DNA of 64,000 nucleotides. Source: Nitrospinaceae bacterium. Lineage in GTDB: Bacteria; Nitrospinota; Nitrospinia; Nitrospinales; Nitrospinaceae. Each line of letters starts with the position of its first letter. Within the stretch, counting starts at the first letter, position 1. The translations under genes and the position numbers were made by a program. Below the pieces are notes generated by a model. That model ran no database searches, was not told the origin of the DNA, and was given only the letters and a program-made list of their open reading frames with translations. Shown piece by piece: positions 10,382 to 19,489 of this stretch. The DNA is taken from positions 3,520,001 to 3,584,000 of the forward strand of contig OZ245011.1 in assembly GCA_965223665.1 (NCBI GenBank), in the 5' to 3' direction.

Positions 10382-11566
10382 ATGACAATTTCTAGAAAAA
10401 TTCATGATTTTATGGAACAGTCCTCTTGGATTAGAAAAATGTTCGAAGAAGGAATTCGTTTAAAAAATGAATATGGCGAGGAAAATATTTTTGATTTGTC
10501 TTTGGGGAATCCTGTGGCCGAACCACCTCAAGCAGTGGTGGAGGCAATGATTGCTGCTGCCAAAGATTCATCCACCGGGTGGCACCGTTATATGCCAAAT
10601 GCTGGTTATCAGGAAGTAAGAGAAAAAATTGCTATAGCCTTGTCTAAAGAATGTGAGTCCATGATTCAAGGGGATGATGTTGTAATGATTTGTGGTGCAG
10701 CTGGTGGGTTAAACATAACGTTGAAAACCATTTTAGATCCTGATGATGAGGTTATTGTCTTTTCTCCATATTTTGTAGAATATCTTTTTTATGCTGACAA
10801 TCATGGTGGAAAAGCTGTAGCGGTCCCAACAAAAGAAGATTTTTCAATTGACCTGAATAGATTAGAACAAGCAATTCATTCCAAGACAAAAGCCGTAATA
10901 ATAAATTCCCCTAATAATCCTACAGGAGTTGTTTACAGTAAAGAATCTTTGCAGGAATTATCCCAGGTTCTCCTAAAAAAATCACAGGAAATCGGGCATC
11001 CAATTTATCTTATTTCTGATGACCCTTATAAAAAAATTGTTTTCGATGAAGTGGAAACTCCAAACATTTTTGATTTTTATTTAAATAGCCTTTACATCAC
11101 TTCTCATTCTAAAGATTTGGCCGTTCCTGGCGAACGTATTGGGTATGTGGCAGTTCACCCCGAATGTCCTACTTCAAAGGAGATTTTAGCAGGTCTAATT
11201 TTTTGTAATCGAGTTTTGGGGTTTGTGAATGCTCCGGCATTATTTCAGAGAGTGGTGAAAGAAGTGCAGGAGGTGACTGTAGATATTGAACCGTATCAAA
11301 GAAGGAGAGATTTGCTATTTCAGGAATTAACCCGCATTGGTTATGATGTTGTAAAACCTCAAGGCGCATTTTATTTCTTTCCAAAATCTCCTATTTCGGA
11401 TGAAGTAGAATTTGTCCGCTTGCTTGCTTCAAAGAAGGTATTGGTTGTTCCAGGCCGCGGTTTTGGGACCCCTGGATATTTTCGAATATCATATTGTTTT
11501 CCTGATCAGGTAATTGAAGGGGCTATCCCTGGATTAGAAGCCGCCTTTAAGGAAGCCACAGTGTAA
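10382..11566 (+). CDS. PLP-dependent class I/II aminotransferase (aspartate aminotransferase-like)
   Basis: SWIRKMFEEG, NSPNNPTG, SHSKDLAVPGERIGY; likely start ATG 10382. Confidence 0.92.
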   Translation: MTISRKIHDFMEQSSWIRKMFEEGIRLKNEYGEENIFDLSLGNPVAEPPQAVVEAMIAAAKDSSTGWHRYMPNAGYQEVREKIAIALSKECESMIQGDDVVMICGAAGGLNITLKTILDPDDEVIVFSPYFVEYLFYADNHGGKAVAVPTKEDFSIDLNRLEQAIHSKTKAVIINSPNNPTGVVYSKESLQELSQVLLKKSQEIGHPIYLISDDPYKKIVFDEVETPNIFDFYLNSLYITSHSKDLAVPGERIGYVAVHPECPTSKEILAGLIFCNRVLGFVNAPALFQRVVKEVQEVTVDIEPYQRRRDLLFQELTRIGYDVVKPQGAFYFFPKSPISDEVEFVRLLASKKVLVVPGRGFGTPGYFRISYCFPDQVIEGAIPGLEAAFKEATV

Positions 11567-11595
11567 TGAGATTTGAAGAGGATTTTTTATAGGGG

Positions 11596-11625
11596 TTGAA
11601 CAGAATAAATCTTTTTCGATAAAAT
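11596..11625 (+). promoter_or_regulatory. Putative sigma70 promoter for moeB
   Basis: TTGAAC-N18-TAAAAT about 45 nt before ATG. Confidence 0.45.
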
Positions 11626-11669
11626 GGCATCATTATCCTAAACATTAATATTTTTATTGAGAATTTACG

Positions 11670-12830
11670 ATGAGTTTAAATCCAGATCAAATCAATCGTT
11701 ATAGCCGCCATTTATTGTTGCCTGAAGTAGGGGTTGAAGGCCAAGAAAAAATCTGTAATTCCAAGGTTCTATGTATTGGGACCGGGGGGTTGGGATCGCC
11801 AGTCTCCCTGTATTTGGCTGCAGCGGGGGTTGGTAAGTTAGGATTGATCGACTTTGATGTTGTTGATAAAAGTAACTTGCAACGACAAATCGCGCATGGA
11901 GAATCGACAGTAGGAACTTTAAAAGTTGAGTCCGCTAAGAAACGAATTGCTGATTTGAACTCTGATGTAGATGTTGTCATTTATAATGAAAGGTTAACAT
12001 CCCAAAATGCTATGGAAATTTTTAAAGATTGGGATGTAATTGTTGATGGAACCGATAATTTCCCCACTCGTTATTTGGCAAATGATGCTTGTGTTCTCTT
12101 GGGCAAGCCATATATTTATGGGTGCATATTAAGGTTTGAAGGTCAAGCATCAGTGTTTGACGCAAAAACCGGTCCTTGTTACCGATGTTTATACCCTGAG
12201 CCACCACCGCCTGGTTTGGTTCCTAGTTGTGCAGAAGGGGGAGTGCTAGGGGTTCTGTGTGGAATTGTCGGCGGCCTTCAAACCAACGAGACATTAAAAT
12301 TGATTCTTGACAAAGGGGACACTTTGGTTGGGCGACTTGTATTATTTGATTCCTTGGCAATGAAGTTTAGAGAAATGAAATTGAAAAAGGATAAAAATTG
12401 TCCAATCTGTGGAGAGAATCCAACGATTAAAGAGCTTATTGATTATGAACAGTTTTGTGGAATTGTGCCGCCTAAAGATGAAGATGAGGAAGGAGATAGA
12501 AAATTAGAAATTGAACCTGAAACGGTAAAACAAATGTTAGATAATGGAAATAATTTTAAGTTAATTGATGTTCGTAGTGAAGGTGAATATGGAATATGTA
12601 AAATTGATGGTTCTCTTTTAATTCCCTTGGACATTATTCAAGAAAAAAACCCTGAAAAACTTAATGGATTAAAACCTTCCGATGAAATTGTTTTGCATTG
12701 TAAGGCTGGAGTTCGCAGTTTAAAAGCGGCCAAAGCCTTGAAAGAAATTGGCTTTAACAATGTCAAGAGTATGCGGGGGGGTATTGAAGAGTGGGCTGAT
12801 AAAATAGATTCATCAATTCCAAAATATTGA
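11670..12830 (+). CDS. moeB: Molybdopterin-synthase adenylyltransferase MoeB with C-terminal rhodanese (MoeZ-like)
   Basis: RYSRHLLL, GTGGLG, SNLQRQ, CYRC, CPIC; rhodanese HCKAGVRS. Confidence 0.93.
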   Translation: MSLNPDQINRYSRHLLLPEVGVEGQEKICNSKVLCIGTGGLGSPVSLYLAAAGVGKLGLIDFDVVDKSNLQRQIAHGESTVGTLKVESAKKRIADLNSDVDVVIYNERLTSQNAMEIFKDWDVIVDGTDNFPTRYLANDACVLLGKPYIYGCILRFEGQASVFDAKTGPCYRCLYPEPPPPGLVPSCAEGGVLGVLCGIVGGLQTNETLKLILDKGDTLVGRLVLFDSLAMKFREMKLKKDKNCPICGENPTIKELIDYEQFCGIVPPKDEDEEGDRKLEIEPETVKQMLDNGNNFKLIDVRSEGEYGICKIDGSLLIPLDIIQEKNPEKLNGLKPSDEIVLHCKAGVRSLKAAKALKEIGFNNVKSMRGGIEEWADKIDSSIPKY

Positions 12831-12855
12831 TTATTCTAAAGAAGATTTTGCTAAC

Positions 12856-12884
12856 TTGACTTTGATAGTTAACCGTTATATCGT
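12856..12884 (+). promoter_or_regulatory. Putative sigma70 promoter
   Basis: TTGACT-N17-TATCGT upstream of hypothetical-pcm-amrB. Confidence 0.45.
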
Positions 12885-12959
12885 GGATAAGACAGTAAGA
12901 TTTTAGATTTTTTATTTTTTTTGCGGATTTTTCCTTCTTATTAGTTGAAAGGGGGTTCT

Positions 12960-13328
12960 GTGAGCCAGGCCGAAAACCCAGATCGAGATTATGAAAGACT
13001 ATCTAAAGCAATTACAGAAGCCGTTCTAAGTTCAGAGAAGGTGAGAAAAATAGTTTCTGAAATCCAAAAGAAAGATGAAATTTGTGCCCAGAGTTTTATG
13101 GTCCTGGTTTTAAAGTTGCAATCTTTAACTGAAGGTTTTGATTTGGAAGTCGAAGAGTCGATCGAAAAACCAAAGAAAAAAGTTCGGCGCTCAAAGAAAA
13201 AAATTGCGGACCAATCACAGTATATTGATGGTGAAAAACTTTCAAAAAAAGAAATCCAATTCCAGGAATTCATTAACGAGCGATTTAATTCCGAAGAATG
13301 GCTTAAAAAGAACGGGCTCATTTTTTAA
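12960..13328 (+). CDS. Hypothetical protein
   Basis: GTG start after GGGGG RBS; charged helical composition; no recognised motif. Confidence 0.65.
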   Translation: MSQAENPDRDYERLSKAITEAVLSSEKVRKIVSEIQKKDEICAQSFMVLVLKLQSLTEGFDLEVEESIEKPKKKVRRSKKKIADQSQYIDGEKLSKKEIQFQEFINERFNSEEWLKKNGLIF

Positions 13329-14040
13329 AATTTTATTTCTTTCTTTTTTAGCCACGTTCCTCCCTAATTTTTTATTTCCTAAAGCAGCTCAACCTATAGA
13401 CTTTGATATCGAGCGAAAGCGAATGGTCAAAGAAGACCTTCAGGGCCGAGATATTATTAATGCTAGGGTTCTAGGAGCGATGTCTAAGGTTCCTCGGCAA
13501 TTATTCGTAGATGAAAAATTTGCCGAATTTGCTTATCAGGATGCCCCTTTACCAATTAATGAAAACCAAACCATTAGCCAACCTTATATTGTGGCTTTAA
13601 TGACTCAAACCGCTCAATTGCAACCCAACCACCGTGTTTTAGAAATCGGAACGGGCTCTGGATATCAAGCAGCTATTCTCTCCGAAATAGTAAAAGAGGT
13701 GTATTCGGTTGAAATAATCGAGTCGCTTGCCAGAGAAGCAAAAGACCGCCTTCAATCTCTAGGATATAAAAATGCTCAAGTAAAGCATGGAGACGGATTT
13801 CAGGGGTGGGAAGAATTTGCCCCATTTGATGCCATTTTAATTACCGCTGCTACACCAAAAATTCCTCAACCCCTTTGGGATCAATTAAGAGAGGGTGGGA
13901 TTATGGTTTTACCATTAGAAGAAATTCTTGGGCAAGATTTAGTTAAGTTAACTAAAACTTCTGAAGGAATTAATAGAGAAATCATAACAGGTGTAAGATT
14001 TGTTCCTATGACAGGTAAGGTCAGGGAGAAAAAAAAGTGA
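13228..14040 (+). CDS. pcm: Protein-L-isoaspartate O-methyltransferase (start uncertain; alternative ATG 13422)
   Basis: QTISQPYIVA, VLEIGTGSGYQAA, APFDAI, VRFVPM. Confidence 0.93.
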   Translation: MVKNFQKKKSNSRNSLTSDLIPKNGLKRTGSFFKILFLSFLATFLPNFLFPKAAQPIDFDIERKRMVKEDLQGRDIINARVLGAMSKVPRQLFVDEKFAEFAYQDAPLPINENQTISQPYIVALMTQTAQLQPNHRVLEIGTGSGYQAAILSEIVKEVYSVEIIESLAREAKDRLQSLGYKNAQVKHGDGFQGWEEFAPFDAILITAATPKIPQPLWDQLREGGIMVLPLEEILGQDLVKLTKTSEGINREIITGVRFVPMTGKVREKKK

Positions 14041-14846
14041 TTCCAGTTAGAGATCCTGCTGTGGCTGGCCAGTTTTATCCTAAAAAAGAAGATGAATTAT
14101 TGACAGAGGTAAAAAGCCACCTTTCCCTTGAAACAAAAAAGGAGGACGTTTTGGGAATCATATCTCCTCATGCAGGATATAAATATTCTGGGGAGGTGGC
14201 AGGTTCTGTGTATTCGCAAATCAATATTCCTGAAACGGTAATTATTATTGGTCCAAACCATACTGGATTGGGAAAACGTATGGCAATATTGACTCAAGGA
14301 ATTTGGTCTACTCCGCTGGGTAGGGTTGAAGTCGATCAAGTTCTTAGCAAAAAAATATTGGAGATTTGCCCTGAAATTCAAGAAGATCATCTTGCCCATA
14401 AAGAGGAACATTCCTTAGAAACTCAATTGCCTTTCCTTCAGTACTTTGAAAATCAAATAAAAATTGTTCCTATTTGTTTAATGCGGCTGGGTTTAGAAGA
14501 ATGTGAAATTCTCGGGAATACAATCCTTAAAGCATTAAATGTGTTAAAGCGTCAGGTCCTAATAATTGCCAGTTCAGATATGACTCACTTCGAATCACAA
14601 GAAAACGCAAAAGAAAAAGATTTTAAAGCCATAAATAAAGTTTTAGATCTTGATCCAAAAGGTCTCTTTGAGATAGTTCGCTCAAACCAAATTTCTATGT
14701 GTGGTGTGGTTCCTGTTATGGTAATGCTTATTTGTTGTTTAGGCTTAGGAGCCACTCGTGCTCAACTTGTAAATTATAAAACATCGGGTGACGTTTGTGG
14801 TGATTTGGATAATGTGGTGGGATACGCGGGAATGGTGATTAGTTAA
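14037..14846 (+). CDS. amrB: AmmeMemoRadiSam system protein B (MEMO1 family)
   Basis: RDPAVAGQFYP, PHAGYKYSG, GPNH, EHSLETQLPFLQ, SSDMTH, SMCG, VVGYAG. Confidence 0.93.
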   Translation: MIPVRDPAVAGQFYPKKEDELLTEVKSHLSLETKKEDVLGIISPHAGYKYSGEVAGSVYSQINIPETVIIIGPNHTGLGKRMAILTQGIWSTPLGRVEVDQVLSKKILEICPEIQEDHLAHKEEHSLETQLPFLQYFENQIKIVPICLMRLGLEECEILGNTILKALNVLKRQVLIIASSDMTHFESQENAKEKDFKAINKVLDLDPKGLFEIVRSNQISMCGVVPVMVMLICCLGLGATRAQLVNYKTSGDVCGDLDNVVGYAGMVIS

Positions 14847-14849
14847 AAA

Positions 14850-15239
14850 TTATTTATCAGGGGACGGCTGAATTAGTTCAATTTCATATTTGTCAGGATC
14901 TTCGGTAAATATAAATGAAGAACCACTATTCGATTGAATGGGACCTTCTGTGATTGGGGCTCCTGCTTGTTCCAATCGGATCATCCATTCGTTAATATCG
15001 TCTACCTCAAATGCTAAATGGACAAGATCTTCCTGTACATCTACATTTCCACTCGAAGGAAAAGAACAAAGTTCAAGTTCACAATCAGTTCCAGGTAGTT
15101 TCAAATATACAAGTTTCGAGCCTCGAGGAGATGTTGATTGCTCTAATATTTCTAATCCCAAAACTTTAGAATAAAACTTCAGGGATTTCTCCATGTTAGA
15201 CACTCGAAACCGAGTGTGTAAAAACTTTTTTACAGACAC
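14850..15239 (-). CDS. VOC family / lactoylglutathione lyase-like
   Basis: LHTRFRVSN..KSLKFY, HLAFEVDD, EDPDKYEIELI. Confidence 0.88.
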   Translation of the reverse strand: MSVKKFLHTRFRVSNMEKSLKFYSKVLGLEILEQSTSPRGSKLVYLKLPGTDCELELCSFPSSGNVDVQEDLVHLAFEVDDINEWMIRLEQAGAPITEGPIQSNSGSSFIFTEDPDKYEIELIQPSPDK

Positions 15240-16603
15240 AATTGTTCCATGTTTATATCTGATCCGTATTTTTCTAACTGCTTATAGACTACAGTTTGAT
15301 ATTCTTTTAATTTTTCAGGAGTTTTTGCTTCAAATCGTAAAACTAAAACTGGTTGGGTATTTGAAGCACGAATCAATCCCCAGCCTTGCTCAAAATTTAT
15401 TCGTACTCCATCAATATCAATCACTTCATAAGATGATCGAAAATGTTGAGTCAATTCGTCAGTAATTTTAAATTTTAACTCATCCGGGCAATCAATCCGA
15501 ATTTCAGGAGTATTATAGGTTTTGGGTAAATCTGATAGCATCTCAGATACTTTTTGGTTGGAAGCAGCTACAATTTGCAAAATTCTGCAAGCGGCATAAA
15601 TGGCATCATCAAATCCAAAGTACTTATCTGCAAAGCAAACATGTCCACTCATCTCCCCAGCTAATAAGGCATTTGTTTCCTTCATTTTTTTCTTGATTAA
15701 AGAATGGCCTGCAGCAGACATTGCCGGAATACCGCCATTCTTTTTGATGTCATCAAATAAATTTTGCGAACATTTGACTTCTCCCACAACTGCCGAACCA
15801 GGATGATCTTTCAATATATCTCTCGCAAATAATATTAAAAGTTGGTCTCCCCATAGAAGATTTCCTTTGTCGTCAACTACTCCGATGCGGTCGGCATCGC
15901 CGTCAAAACCAAGACCAATATCTGCTTGCTCAGATTTCACACGATCTATAAGATCTTTCATGTACTCTGGAATTGTGGGATCTGGGTGATGGTTAGGAAA
16001 GGTTCCATCGGGTTCACAGTATTGCTCTATTGGATTCACTCCCAAAGCTTTTAAAACTTTGGGGCCAATAATCCCGAAACAACCGTTGCCTCCATCGACA
16101 ACAACTTTAATAGGTTTATTTATTTGAATGGAGCTTTTTATGTTTTCAATATAGGCTTCCTGAACATCCTGTTCTCGCATCGTCCCAGTTCCAGTTTCAA
16201 AATCATTTTGTTCTATTAAGTTTTTTATTTGTTGAATTTTCTCTCCATAGATACTGTTTAATCCATGACTGAGTTTGAATCCATTATATTCTGGAGGATT
16301 GTGGCTACCAGTTATCATTACCCCACCATCGGATTTTAGGTGATGTAAAGAAAAATAAGCTACAGGGGTTGGAACCATTCCAATATCAATAACGTCACAA
16401 CCGGTAGAATTTAGGCTTTGGATCATAAGATCTCGAAACAGTAAGGAACTTGTTCTAACATCCCAGCCTAAAGAGATTAGCTTTCCGCCCTGTCGGCGAA
16501 AATAAGTTCCAATGGCTTTACCAATTAGCTTTACATTTTGGGGTGTTAGGTCACTTTCAACCAGACCTCTAATGTCATATTCGCGAAAAATTTGTGGATT
16601 CAT
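15230..16603 (-). CDS. Phosphomannomutase/phosphoglucomutase
   Basis: IFREYDIRG, TGSHNP, FDGDADR, GEMSGH, RASNT. Confidence 0.96.
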   Translation of the reverse strand: MNPQIFREYDIRGLVESDLTPQNVKLIGKAIGTYFRRQGGKLISLGWDVRTSSLLFRDLMIQSLNSTGCDVIDIGMVPTPVAYFSLHHLKSDGGVMITGSHNPPEYNGFKLSHGLNSIYGEKIQQIKNLIEQNDFETGTGTMREQDVQEAYIENIKSSIQINKPIKVVVDGGNGCFGIIGPKVLKALGVNPIEQYCEPDGTFPNHHPDPTIPEYMKDLIDRVKSEQADIGLGFDGDADRIGVVDDKGNLLWGDQLLILFARDILKDHPGSAVVGEVKCSQNLFDDIKKNGGIPAMSAAGHSLIKKKMKETNALLAGEMSGHVCFADKYFGFDDAIYAACRILQIVAASNQKVSEMLSDLPKTYNTPEIRIDCPDELKFKITDELTQHFRSSYEVIDIDGVRINFEQGWGLIRASNTQPVLVLRFEAKTPEKLKEYQTVVYKQLEKYGSDINMEQLCL

Positions 16604-16752
16604 TGTTATGTTGTAAAAAATTTTTGTTATATTGGATTAGTGCAATAATTTGAATAAGGATAAGCTATATATTTTGCAATGGCAATGCTTGAGTTTGTTT
16701 GAAGTTGATTAGTTAACGAAAAATCAATTCAACTTTTTTAAAGGAATTTTAA

Positions 16753-17814
16753 TTGGATATCGCAATTGTAACAGGGTCGGCCGGCTTGATCGGATCAGAA
16801 ATGGTCCGGTTTTTAACAGATAAAGGAATGAAAGTCCACGGCATAGATAATGATATGCGCCGAGAATTTTTTGGCGAAGATGCTTCTACTGATTGGAATC
16901 GCCAACGTCTTGAAAAGGACTGTCCTGAATATTGTCATCACGCAAAGGATATTCGATCTGAAAGCGAGATGGAGCAAATCTTTAATGAACTTAACAAAGA
17001 TATAAAATTGATTGTCCACGCAGCTGCTCAACCTTCTCATGATTGGGCAGCAAAAGATCCTTTCAAAGATTTTAGTGTTAATGCGAATGGAACTTTAGTT
17101 TTGTTAGAAATGACGCGACGATTTTGCCCTAATGCGGTTTTTATTAATATTTCCACGAACAAAGTTTACGGTGATCAACCCAATCAATTGCCGTTAGTAG
17201 AGCTAGAGAATCGATGGGAAATTGAAGATAGCCATCCTTATTATAAATTTGGTATCGATGAATTTATGAGTATTGATTCTACTACCCATAGTTTATTTGG
17301 TGTATCAAAAGCGGCGGGAGATTTATTAGTTCAAGAGTATGGGCGTTATTTTAACATTAAAACCGCTTGCTTTCGTGGAGGATGCTTAACCGGTTCAGGG
17401 CATTCCGGAACTGAACTGCATGGTTTCCTTTCTTATATTATGATTTGTGCTATTAAGAAAAAACCTTATACCGTATTTGGCTATAAAGGAAAACAAGTCC
17501 GAGATAATATTCATAGCTACGATTTGGTAAATGCTTTGTACCAGTTTTATCTTAAACCCGGTGTAGCGAAGGTATACAACATTGGTGGAAGTAGACATAG
17601 TAATTGTTCCATGTTAGAGGCGATACAACTTTGTGAGGAAATCACAGGAAATAAACTGGATTGGACCTATAGCGAAGAAAATCGAATCGGGGATCACATC
17701 TGGTGGATTAGTGATGTCAATCGCTTTAAAAAAGATTACCCGAATTGGGAATATCAATACGACCTAAAGAAATTGTTTGTCGAAATTTACAATGGGTTGA
17801 CAGCGAGAGTATAA
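16753..17814 (+). CDS. NAD-dependent epimerase, CDP-paratose 2-epimerase-like
   Basis: [42 protein letters not shown]. Confidence 0.88.
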   Translation: MDIAIVTGSAGLIGSEMVRFLTDKGMKVHGIDNDMRREFFGEDASTDWNRQRLEKDCPEYCHHAKDIRSESEMEQIFNELNKDIKLIVHAAAQPSHDWAAKDPFKDFSVNANGTLVLLEMTRRFCPNAVFINISTNKVYGDQPNQLPLVELENRWEIEDSHPYYKFGIDEFMSIDSTTHSLFGVSKAAGDLLVQEYGRYFNIKTACFRGGCLTGSGHSGTELHGFLSYIMICAIKKKPYTVFGYKGKQVRDNIHSYDLVNALYQFYLKPGVAKVYNIGGSRHSNCSMLEAIQLCEEITGNKLDWTYSEENRIGDHIWWISDVNRFKKDYPNWEYQYDLKKLFVEIYNGLTARV

Positions 17815-17822
17815 ACCCTAGT

Positions 17823-18620
17823 TCAATAGGGATTTTGTAAAACACCTCCATCAACATTGAAATTGGTTCCTGTAATCCAATTTGCTTGTTTAGATGCCAG
17901 GAACAAAACCAAACCGGAAACATCTTCAGGAATTCCCATTCGTTTTAAAGGAATACTTGCAGAAGTTCCATTCTGGATTTCTCTAATCATTTGTTCTTTT
18001 GATTTTCCTGAGTGATCGGCTCCTTCCTGAGCTTCCTTTTCCCAAGATCGAGACCAAACAGGCCCGGGTGAGATAGAGTTTACGAGTATTTTATCTGACG
18101 CCAAAGTTTGTGAAAGAGAGGATGTTAAATTTGAAAGTCCTGCCTTCATGGCACTATAGTGAGGGAATATTTCCATTGGGCGACTGCCAGCAATTGAAGA
18201 AATATTTATAATTCTAGGTTGATTGGATTGTTTCAAATCCGGTATGCATAAACGGCATAAACGCACGGCAGAAAGTAAATTAATCTCAAAAGATTCTTTC
18301 CAGTCTTCATCCGTTAAATCAAAAAAGTTAGCTAATTTTCCGATGTTGCCAACATTATTAACCAGGATATCCAATCCCTTAAATTGCGAAATCATTTCGC
18401 TGTAAAAATTTTTGAGACTTTCAGGCTGTGTAACATCTACAGAACGAAACAAATGGTTTTCCCCAACGATTTCCTCGGAAAGACTATCTAATCTATTTTG
18501 AGTTCTGGCGCACCCAGCTACTTGTGCTCCTTCTTCGGCAAAGGCCAGGGCAAATTCTCGTCCTATTCCATCGCCCACTCCGGTAATAAGGACTTTACGA
18601 TTTTTTAGATTCAAATCCAT
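17823..18620 (-). CDS. SDR family oxidoreductase
   Basis: TGVGDGIG, LVNNVG, YSAMK, VDGG. Confidence 0.92.
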   Translation of the reverse strand: MDLNLKNRKVLITGVGDGIGREFALAFAEEGAQVAGCARTQNRLDSLSEEIVGENHLFRSVDVTQPESLKNFYSEMISQFKGLDILVNNVGNIGKLANFFDLTDEDWKESFEINLLSAVRLCRLCIPDLKQSNQPRIINISSIAGSRPMEIFPHYSAMKAGLSNLTSSLSQTLASDKILVNSISPGPVWSRSWEKEAQEGADHSGKSKEQMIREIQNGTSASIPLKRMGIPEDVSGLVLFLASKQANWITGTNFNVDGGVLQNPY

Positions 18621-18668
18621 GCTACAATTTTCTCCTCAATGGATAAAAAGTTTGAAGGATTTTAAACC

Positions 18669-19025
18669 ATGGCTACAACGATTTTCCCACAAATATCTGA
18701 ATCTCCGTCTTTACCTTGGATTGTGGGTGCTATTTGTTTGCAGATTATAAATATTTTTTTGGGTTTGGCCATGGCATTTCTACAAAAGCGAATGCAATTT
18801 CGCAGAGTGCATTTAATAATTTATTTAGGGGTCACAGTTTGTTTAGCAACTTATTTAATAACTAACGGAATCCATTCCAAAAATTCTATTTGGGATTACA
18901 CGGTTGGACTTTACTTTTTTATTCTTATTCCCATTTCCCGTCGGTGGGATATTATGGTTCACGCTTTAATAACTATTGTTGGATTGACTTTATTGCCGTT
19001 ATTGATTTTATTGCAAATTTTTTAA
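18669..19025 (+). CDS. Hypothetical membrane protein (about 4 TM)
   Basis: Four hydrophobic segments; AAGGA RBS. Confidence 0.65.
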   Translation: MATTIFPQISESPSLPWIVGAICLQIINIFLGLAMAFLQKRMQFRRVHLIIYLGVTVCLATYLITNGIHSKNSIWDYTVGLYFFILIPISRRWDIMVHALITIVGLTLLPLLILLQIF

Positions 19026-19074
19026 GGAAATAGAATAGAACCACAAATGTGGTTGGTGGGTCAAAAAGAAGATT

Positions 19075-19383
19075 CTAACCTACTAATTTCGTCTTGATCG
19101 TTATATCACCATAAACTTTAGTACGGCAACTGAGTTTCTGATTTCCCGTTAATTTATGTGCATATTTCTCAATTAATGTATGGTTATTGACATTTTCCAT
19201 TGGTTCTATTTCAACCATACAAGTTCCACACGACCCCATGCCATGACAATTGAGTTGGGCATTCAACCCTTTATATAAACCAATGTCTTTAAATTCAGCA
19301 GCTTTACGCAAATTGGCGCCATAACCCGCTTGAAAGTAAGTTTCTTCTCCAGTTTCTGAATCTTGAACTGTGATTTTTGGCAT
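19075..19383 (-). CDS. 2Fe-2S ferredoxin
   Basis: C-HGMGS-C-GT-C ... LSC. Confidence 0.9.
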   Translation of the reverse strand: MPKITVQDSETGEETYFQAGYGANLRKAAEFKDIGLYKGLNAQLNCHGMGSCGTCMVEIEPMENVNNHTLIEKYAHKLTGNQKLSCRTKVYGDITIKTKLVG

Positions 19384-19489
19384 GGGAACAGTTTCCTTAC
19401 TTACGTCGATTTAATAATTTCCAGGAAAAAAAATGAACCTAGAAAATTACATAACTAGACTGGAAAGTCAACTTTCTTTTAAAAAGGCT

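Noticed and set aside
19039-19054. AACCACA-AA-TGTGGTT inverted repeat between convergent genes
   Set aside because: Short and weak with no U-tract; cannot support a call
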